A stretch of 64,000 nt of DNA from Cyanophora paradoxa CCMP329 (lineage: Eukaryota > Plantae > Glaucophyta): positions 106,042-170,041 of the forward strand of contig QPMI01000166.1 of NCBI GenBank assembly GCA_004431415.1, read 5' to 3'. Below the pieces are notes generated by a model. It saw only the letters and a list, made by a program, of their open reading frames with translations, was not told the DNA's origin and did not search any database. Below, piece after piece: positions 56,501-64,000 of the stretch (the first letter of the stretch is position 1; every line of letters begins with the position of its first letter). A program made the translations under genes and the position numbers.

Positions 56501-57457
56501 CGGACGTCGCCGCGGCGCGCTGCACGGAGGGCACGCGAACAAGCATTTTTCAGTTCCATCTATAGACAATGATAATGATCATGATATTATTGCGCACCTT
56601 CAGCCTCGGTCACGTTGCGTAGGGTCAGTTCCTGTACACGTCGGCCCCGGTTACGAATTTTCGAATTGCCGATGCAAATTATATCAAGTACGTGGTATTG
56701 CGCACATAATTCGACCCTTCGTAAGTGTTAGTCGTAATGAAAGGGGTGAGCGTTCCGAGGTTGATGTCGTCCCAAGAGAGAAGGTCAACTCTCGTCGTCT
56801 CAACCTGTAAGTCCACATGTTATGTCAACTTCGGATCGCTTGTGACCTTTCGGCCGCGGGTCTTCACTCACATAAACGGCCTCCGAAGAATCGCCGCTTG
56901 CCAGGGACGCAATCACCAGCTTCACGGCCAGAAGTGTGCTGCGAATAGAAATAACATCGTCGTAAATTACCTATCCAACTTTACGCTGATTGCACCTACG
57001 AACTCTTTGACGATGGCCTCGCATCTCATGTAGCAAGTCTTGGACAAGCCCTCGCCACTGCAGTTCAGGCGACGGCAAGTGTCTCCATTCAGCGCGTTAG
57101 GGAGCGGTGCCGGGTTCGTAATTTTGCCGACGCCTGCGCATTATAATCACGAGCATGAGCATTCATGTGCGTGCGTGTGAAACCATGCCGCGACGATGGC
57201 CACGCGTACGCACAGGGGCGGGAACTCTTAGAAGTGTCTGTCGAGGTGTCGGCTGTCGAGTCTCCGGTTGTGGTGCCGCCGTTGGAGCCAGAGTTGCCCC
57301 CGACATTGTCAGAGCCTCCTCCGTTTGAGCCGGAACCGCCGCCAACCGCTCCCGGGGGATTGCTCTTCTCGAGGGGCTTCTCAGCGAGCACCGCCGAGGC
57401 GAACAAGACGAGTGCGAAGAGGGCGGCGACCCCGCGCATGCGGATGGCAGTCGCCAT
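53582..57457 (-). CDS. Type I membrane protein: signal peptide, G/S/T linker, Cys-rich region, about 3 fibronectin type III-like domains, TM helix, short tail
   Basis: MATAIRMRGVAALFALVLFASAVLA; YDGGRPLTTY, PGYVYAVQVKACNEVGCSEP, FTYSFNISAC, CYAHSIKLCNSVGC; AVPVGVAGIALGAVAAALIVTRK; ends VAPQYDV*. Confidence 0.8.
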
Positions 57458-58676
57458 CGAACCTTCGAGAATTCGCGCGCTGCGCATGCGGTCAGCGCTG
57501 CTGCTGGACACGCGCGAAGGTGCCACGGTGCGGCGTACGTGTATATACGCGTTAATGCTTGCGAATATTGCGCCTCTGACGCCGCTGGCGGCCGACCACG
57601 ATGAGCCTTGAGATCTAGATCTAGATCGGAGGCGATGCCTGCTCTGCGCTCCGACTCTGCGAAATGGATGAGTCAATAATGAGCTCCGGATCCGTCGCGG
57701 AACTCGCGGCCCGGGCCGCCCGCGGCCGGCGGGCGGCGGCGGCGCCGGCGGCTCGGCGGCGGGCCTCCGATGATGCGCATGCGAACACCGTGAGCGGCGG
57801 TGAGCCTCGGAGGGCCGGTGAGGCTCGAGAGCTCGCGCGCTTCAACTTAGCCTTCAAGGAATCAATTGCAGGGCTTGAGGTTGCGCATGCGAGTACGTCT
57901 TGCGGCGACGTTTAGGACCTGGGAGGTACCGACAAAAAACCCCAAAACCCCGAACCGGTGCATGGCGCAGGCTCCTCGAAGCCCGCAACTTCGAATTCGG
58001 CAAAAAAAACCAATTCACACGTACCGCACGGTACCGGCCACGGTACGTACTAGCTACCGGGGGTATATGGCTCCTCGATGGCTCCTCGCAGCCCGCGCCG
58101 CGCCCCAAAGATGTTCTTCTGTCTTCGAAACGGAATCGTATTTGACTCGATTGAAAAACCGATTGATTGGGGCGCGAACCGGTCGATTATTGAACTTGTC
58201 AAGTTCGCAGGCGCTCTTTCTGGCAATAAAAAACCATTCAAGTTGATCAGGAATCAGGATTCGCGGGCGATTTCGAATGCGGCGATGGTGGATGGTGTAA
58301 ATTATAATTACGTACCCCTGTCTGCATATGCTCAATCTACCTGTACGTATACCCCCCAATATACCACGTGCACCTTGCCAGCTATCTCAAGCTTAATTAG
58401 CCTATCTAGCCTGGCAATATGAGCTACTAGTAGCTGTAGATAATGGTAGTTGATTAAGTTAGATCATTAGGCGTCGCTTTTGTTGCTAAACGATCTTCCT
58501 TACTAGCATGCATTCGTACAAATTTTAAATAAAACACAAGAAAGTTCTTCTGATACCGCGTATGCCGCGGAATGCGTGCTTCGAATTGGAACTCGAATTC
58601 AGAGCCTGGCTGCAGATGTAGACGGTTTTTTCATGCGCCCTGAAACGGCCCCCAACTGCAAGGAGCGGCGGGGCGC

Positions 58677-61600
58677 CTAGTCGAACTTGGAGTCGAGGTC
58701 CTCGGCGCCGTCCCAGGCGTCCGGGGGCGGGTGGGCGCTGTAGCGCAGCGCCTTCCCCTTGAGCACCCGCCACGAGACGTCCTCCGCCACCAGCGCCGGG
58801 AAGCCTGCCGCGCCCGCCCCGCCCCCGCCCTCGGCGGCGGCGGCGGGGGACCAGAGGCCGAGGGCGATGGCGCGGGCGCGGCGGGCGGCGCGGAGGCGCT
58901 CGAGGACGCGGGCCGGCAGGGCCTCCTCGCCGGCCTCGTGCAGCGACTGCAGCCGCGCGTACACGTCCAGCGACGCCCGCCGCGGCCCCCGCCCCGCCCC
59001 TTGTCCCGGCCCGTGCCCGTGCCCGTGGCTGTGGCCGGCGACGGTCGGCGGCGCGCGCTCGCTGGCGCCGTCGGCGCCCGAGGTGGCGGCGTCGGAGAGG
59101 CGCAGGGAGACGCTGCGGCTGTTGGGGTGCGCGTGGCCGTGGAGGGCGGCGAGGGGCAGGGGCAGCGGGATGGGCGGCAGCGTCCCCGCCGGGCCCTCCG
59201 GCGTCGGCTCCAGCAGCAGCGACGTCGCCGAGACGGGCGGAGAAAGGCTGCCGGCGCCGGCGCCCCCGGCCGGCGTCGTCGGGTGCACGGCCGCCGGCCG
59301 CCGCTGGCTCCCGGCCCGCGGGATGGCGAGCCCGGGGAAGGGGCAGCTGCGGAAGCTGCGCGAGTCGCGGCGCTCCCAGTGCTCGGCGCCGGGCTGCAGG
59401 GAATGCAGCGCCGTGCCTGCCCCCCGCACGCGTCGGAGACCGAGGGGGGGGGGGGGGGGGGGGGGGGGGGCGAGGCGGGGGGAAAGGGGCGGACCGCCGC
59501 GGGCGGAGCGGAGGCCGGAGCGGTAGGAGCGCGCCGTGCGGACCGTGTGCGAGGAGACGTTCCTGCGCGCCGCGGCGGCCGCGTTGGGCGGCCGCGTTGG
59601 GCGGGGCGGGGCGGGGGCGGACCCCTCGGCGGCGGCGTCCTCGAGCTCGAGCTCGAAGAGCTCCCGCTCCACCTGCACGGCCGCCGCCAGCCGCCCGCAC
59701 TCCTCCAACCGCCCCGCCGCCTCCTCGAACCTGCCGCCCGCCCCTCGCGCCCCGTCGCCGCCCCCCCCGGCGAGCGCGCCCCGCACCGGCGGGCGAGGAA
59801 GAGGGCGAAGGCGGCCTCGTAGCGCGCCGCGTACTGCCGCTCCGCCTCCGACTCGGTTCCCAGCCTGGCGCCCCGCGCGTGAGGCGCCCCGCCCCGGGCG
59901 AGGGCGCGGCCGGGGGCGAGGGGCGCGGCGCACCGGGCGACGAGCTCGTAGATGCGGCAGCCGGCGCGGCGGCCCTTGAGGACGACGGCGTCGACGATGC
60001 GGACGAAGAACTTGTCCCGCACCCGCTCCGCCACCGCCTCCGAGATCAGGATCGTCGTCCCGTACCGCTTGTTCAGCTGCGCCGGCCAGCGTCGGGCGGG
60101 AGCGCGCCGGCCCGGCGTGGCGCAGGGGCGCACCGGCTCGAGGCGCGCGGCAGCGTTCTGCGGGGGCGGGCGGGGCGCGATCGGGCGAAGGCGAGGCTCT
60201 GACGGGGGGCGGGGCGGGGCCGGGGCGGACCACGGCGTCACCGACGGCGGTGTAGGAGAAGCGGCTCTCGCACCCGAAGTTCCCGATCAGGCAGTCTCCC
60301 GTGTTGATCCCGATCCGGCACTCTGCCGCCCCCGCGCTCGCCCGGAGAGGAGGGGCAGGGGTCGGGGCTCGGGGGCGGGCGGACCGAGCGGGGGCAGGCC
60401 GCGGGCGACCCAGAGGGCCCGCATCGCCATGAGCGACTGCGGCGGCGGCGGCGTCAGCGCGCAGCGCCGACTCGCAGGTGCGCGCAGGCGCGCGGGGGCG
60501 GGGGCGGGCCTCCTGGCACTGGAGGGCGGCCTCGCAGGCGCGCTCCTCGTGGTCCTCGACGGCCGTCAGCGGGTGGTTGAAGAAGGCCATCTGCCCCCGC
60601 CCCGTCAGCCCCGGCCCCCGGCACGGCCGCCGCCGCCGCCGCCGCGCGCACGATGGCGTCCCCGATGAACTTGTCTGCGCCGCCTCGGCGAGTCAGCCGG
60701 GGCGGGGGCGGGGGCGGGGCGGGGGCGGGGGCGGGGGGCGCGCCGATGGTGCCCTTGTTGGACTCGATGGAGCTGGACATCATCGAGAGGGCGTCCCCCA
60801 TCACGTCCAGCAGCTGCCGCCCCGCGCCGCCGCGTCGGGCCGAGGAGCAGGCACGCCCCCGCGAGAGCCCCGCCCCCGCGCACCTTGTCCGGCGGCAGGG
60901 CGGCCGAGAGGGTCGTGAAGTTGCGGACTGCGCGGGGCCGCCCGGGGCGCCTCTCAGGAGGAGGGCGCGGGGGGCGGGGGCGCGCGGGCGGGGGCGGCGC
61001 GGACTGTCGACGAAGAAGAGGGTGGAGCGGATGGGGTCAGGCTCAGCTCCGTCGCGTGCTCCGCCGAGCGCGCCGCGATCGCCTGCGCGCCCCGCCTCGG
61101 GCCCCGCCGCGGGGGGCCCCGGCGGCGGCGCGCGGCGGCGGCGGACCTTGTGGACGACGGAGGGGGGGACGAACTTGGCGAAGACGCGGAGGCCCTGGAA
61201 CATGCGCGAGAAGGCCGAGGAGAGGCGCTGCACCTGCCGCCCCGCCCTCAGCCCCGCGCGCCCCGCCCCTCCGAGTTCGGGGCGCACCTCGGAGACGCGG
61301 GAGCCGAGGAACTGGCCCCGCCCGCCCCGGATGGACGAGCCGGCCGCCGCCGGGCCGTCGCTGAAGATCAGCGTCCGCACCTGCCGCCCCGGCCGGCGTC
61401 AGCCTGCATCGGCGTCGGCAGCAACAGGGAATCGCACGAGTTCCATCTCCGTGGCGAGGCGCTGCAGGGGGCGGCTGCTCGAAACGCGGGGGAAGAGGTG
61501 AGCGAAGGCGCGGGCGAAGTGTTGGAGGAGGCGGGGGCGGGCCTGATGGCGAGCGCAGAGAGGACGGAGACGGAGATGGCGACGACGAAGATGACGCCCG

Positions 61601-64000
61601 AGATGATCCCCGTCAGCACCGAGCTGCGCCCCGCCGCCCCGCCCCGTCACCAGCCGCACGAGCCGCGGCGGCGCCGGCGCGGCGGGCCGGCCTGCGGCGG
61701 GAGTTCTGTAGGTACTTGTCGGACGATACTGTCACCACGAGCAGCCAGTTCACGCCCCGATGCCGCATCCGCGTCCCCTGCGCCAGCAAGCAACGGCGGG
61801 GGCTCAGAGGGAGGGAGGGGGCGGGCGGGAAGGGGCGGGCGGGGCGGGCGCACGAGGATGACGGCGGAGCCGAGGCCGGCGACCTCGCAGGTCATCGAGA
61901 CCTGCTGCCCCTCCCCGGCCCCCGGCCCCGCCCCCGTCCCGTTCCCCGCCCCGATCGACGTCAGCGGCCTGCGAGTTCGTTCGGAGGGGAGGAAGGCCTC
62001 AGCGGCGCAGACGAGGGAGGCGGGGGCGGGGGCACCCGAATCGGTCTCGGAGGCAGCGGGCGATGGCGGGGAGGGGGCCCCGGGCCTCCCACACCGACAG
62101 CCGGATGCTGCGCGACGGGCGGCCCCCTCAGCCCCCGCCCGGCGCCCGGCGGGCTCGCGGCGGGCGGCCGGCGCGCACTCGGACATCTGGAGGACGCCGT
62201 TCTGGAGGGTGTTGCTGGTGCTCGTGAAGTTGGGGTTCGGCTGCACGACGGAGCCGACGGAGGAGGCGACCATGTAGTCGGGCGTGCCCCCCTCCACGAT
62301 GAACGCCACCGTGTTGCTCTCGTACGCCGCCACGATCCCCTGCAAAGCGCCCCGCGGGCGTCGGTCGGCGGTCGGGGATGCCCGCTCGGGCGTGCGGCAC
62401 GGGCTCTCTCCCGGAGGGCGGCGGGCGGGGCGGGGCGGCGGGGAGGACCTGGATGATGGGGGAGAGGCCGGCCTCGAGCTCGACGACGCAGTGCCCGACG
62501 CCGAGCAGCGCGCCGGCCTGCGAGAGCAGCGGGATCGCCACCGCCATCGAGAGCTGCAACCCGCGTCAGGCGCTCCCGCGGGGGCGGCCGCCGAGAGGAG
62601 GCGGCGCGCGCCTGGCCCTCCGTCTTGAAGTAGGAGGGCGACCACACGGCCGTCCTCCCGCCCACCGCCGCCGACGCGCGCGCCTGCGCCCCCGCTCGAT
62701 GGCCCGGCGGGCGCCGGCGGGGCGGCGGCGGCGGCACCTGCCGGTACCAGATGCGCTCGCGCGCGCGAAAGTTGAACGAGCGCCGCGCCACGCTCGGGTC
62801 CTGCGCGCGCGCGGCGCTCAGAGCGGGCGGGGGCCCGCGGCGGGGCGGCCGGCGCGCGTTGAGGTTGGACGTGTTGCCGATCGGAACGCCCGTGCGGTCC
62901 GTGGGGAAGGAGGTCAGCTGCGGCGCGGCGCGCGTCAGGGGAGGGCGGGGAAGGGGGCGGGGCGGGGCGGACGACGGGGAGGCCGGCGGCGTCGTAGAGG
63001 ACGCGGAGGTGGAGGATGCGCAGGTTCTTCGCGTCCGAGTTGTCTGCCCCGCCCCGCCCCCGCCCCCGGCCTCAGCCCGCCCCACCGCCCGCAAACGAGC
63101 CGGCGCACGCCCCGCCGCACCGAGGGTCATCGACCAGTACCAGTCGTCCTCGTAGCCGGCCCCGCACACCCTGCGCCGACGTTCGCGTCGGGCGGCGGCC
63201 GGCGCGGATCGAATTGGAGCGCACGCGAACTGGGGCCACGCCTCGAGCATGCGGAACGCCCACGGGTGCGTGTTCGGGTCGCTCCTCGACGCTGCGCGGG
63301 CGCGGCGAGCGGGCTCGGGCCCCCGGGGGGCTGCCCGCGGGGCGGGGCGGCCGGGCGCACTGGTGAGGAGGCCACTGCGGTACATCGCCTGCAGGTCCAC
63401 CAGGGCGGGGGTCACGACATCGAGGAAGGAACGGGCGCCGTCCGCCGTCTTCGAGAGGAGGTCCTTCTCCAAAATGCCGACTATCTCGGAGATCGAAGTC
63501 TGCACAGCCTGGTACCCTGCGCGGCGGCCTCGCCCCCCGCCGGCGCGCCCGGGCCCGGGGGCGCGCACCGAGGTACCACGTGATGAGGTTCGAGACGAGG
63601 AGGAGCACGGCGATCGGGACGATGATCATCTGCCCGCCCGCGCGTGAGGCGGCCGCTCGGGCGGCTCGCGCGCGCCGCGGCGCCCCTCGCACCGCCTTGA
63701 TGGAGCGGAAGGGCGAGGCGGCGCCGCCGCTGGCGCTCGACGAGTCGCTCGCCCGCCGCTGCCCGTTTGCCTCCGACGCCACGCTGCTCGCCCGCCAGCG
63801 CGCCGTCGCCGTCGGCCCCGTGAAGCCGGCCCGCTCCGCCTCCTTCTCGGCGGCGCCCGGCGGGTTCTCGGCGTCGCCGGCGCCGGCGGCGGAGCCGACG
63901 TACATCCGGGGCGCGTTGGAGGAGCGGTGGCGCTTGGCCGCCTCGAGCGCGTACTCCTTGCGCGCGGCGTTCTCCTTGCGGGACTTGCCGCTCACGTTGG
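58677..64000 (-). CDS. Receptor-type class III adenylate cyclase (TM, Cache-like sensor, TM, HAMP, cyclase, TPR-like tail); 5' truncated
   Basis: FRARERIWYRQ...VWSPSY (Cache-like), RPLQRLATEMELV...SRVSEVQRLSSAFSRM (HAMP), TLFFVDIRNFT, IDKFIGDAIMAFFN, RIGINTG...GNFG...YTAVGDAVNAAARLE, KGR, PPPDAWDG...SKFD*. Confidence 0.92.

Noticed and set aside
1-64000. Hundreds of long Arg/Pro/Gly/Ala-rich ORFs in the six-frame track (for example 44350-47340, 19331-22009, 18705-20927)
   Set aside because: Stop codons are rare at this GC content. These ORFs run through introns or lie antisense to spliced genes.
1-64000. Prokaryotic origin suggested by CoADR, UhpC, cyclase and monooxygenase
   Set aside because: All four contain spliceosomal introns and lie among VPS25, NUP160, SNF2 and histone-fold genes.

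Overview
Gene-dense, very GC-rich eukaryotic nuclear DNA with about 20 protein-coding genes, most broken by many short (about 45-90 nt) spliceosomal introns. The long ORFs in the supplied track are mostly intron read-through or antisense artefacts. The host is inferred, not proven, to be a glaucophyte-like alga (Cyanophora type): Phe-containing plastid transit peptides (MAAFAVP..., MQFVAC...), a UhpC-type plastid transporter and a twin-arginine thylakoid protein. Genes recognised by manual splicing: SEA-like surface protein (partial), HSP10, UhpC/GlpT transporter, Tat-type thylakoid protein, 59-aa MGNC microprotein, two Kelch/coiled-coil proteins, VPS25, DPB3/CHRAC15-like histone-fold protein, an inverted pair of orphan mitochondrial paralogues, FAD monooxygenase, SNF2 ATPase with ubiquitin-binding motifs, 2H cyclic phosphodiesterase, NUP160, CoA-disulfide reductase-rhodanese, FN3 membrane protein and a receptor adenylate cyclase (partial). 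The most striking signal is mutational. Aligning the two paralogues (about 25.0-25.7 kb vs 32.4-33.2 kb) shows that nearly all short indels are 6-nt gains turning a triplet X into X-revcomp(X)-X, about 14 events in roughly 800 aligned nt. The same pattern, iterated, fills the intergenic DNA (TCA-TGA-TCA, AGA-TCT-AGA, TGC-GCA-TGC, ACG-CGT-ACG). Other notable traits are frequent GC-AG introns with a G(T/C)(G/C)CGC donor, near-strict strand alternation with short head-to-head gaps, and a tandem exon-module array. All exon structures and family calls come from reading by eye; no searches were run.
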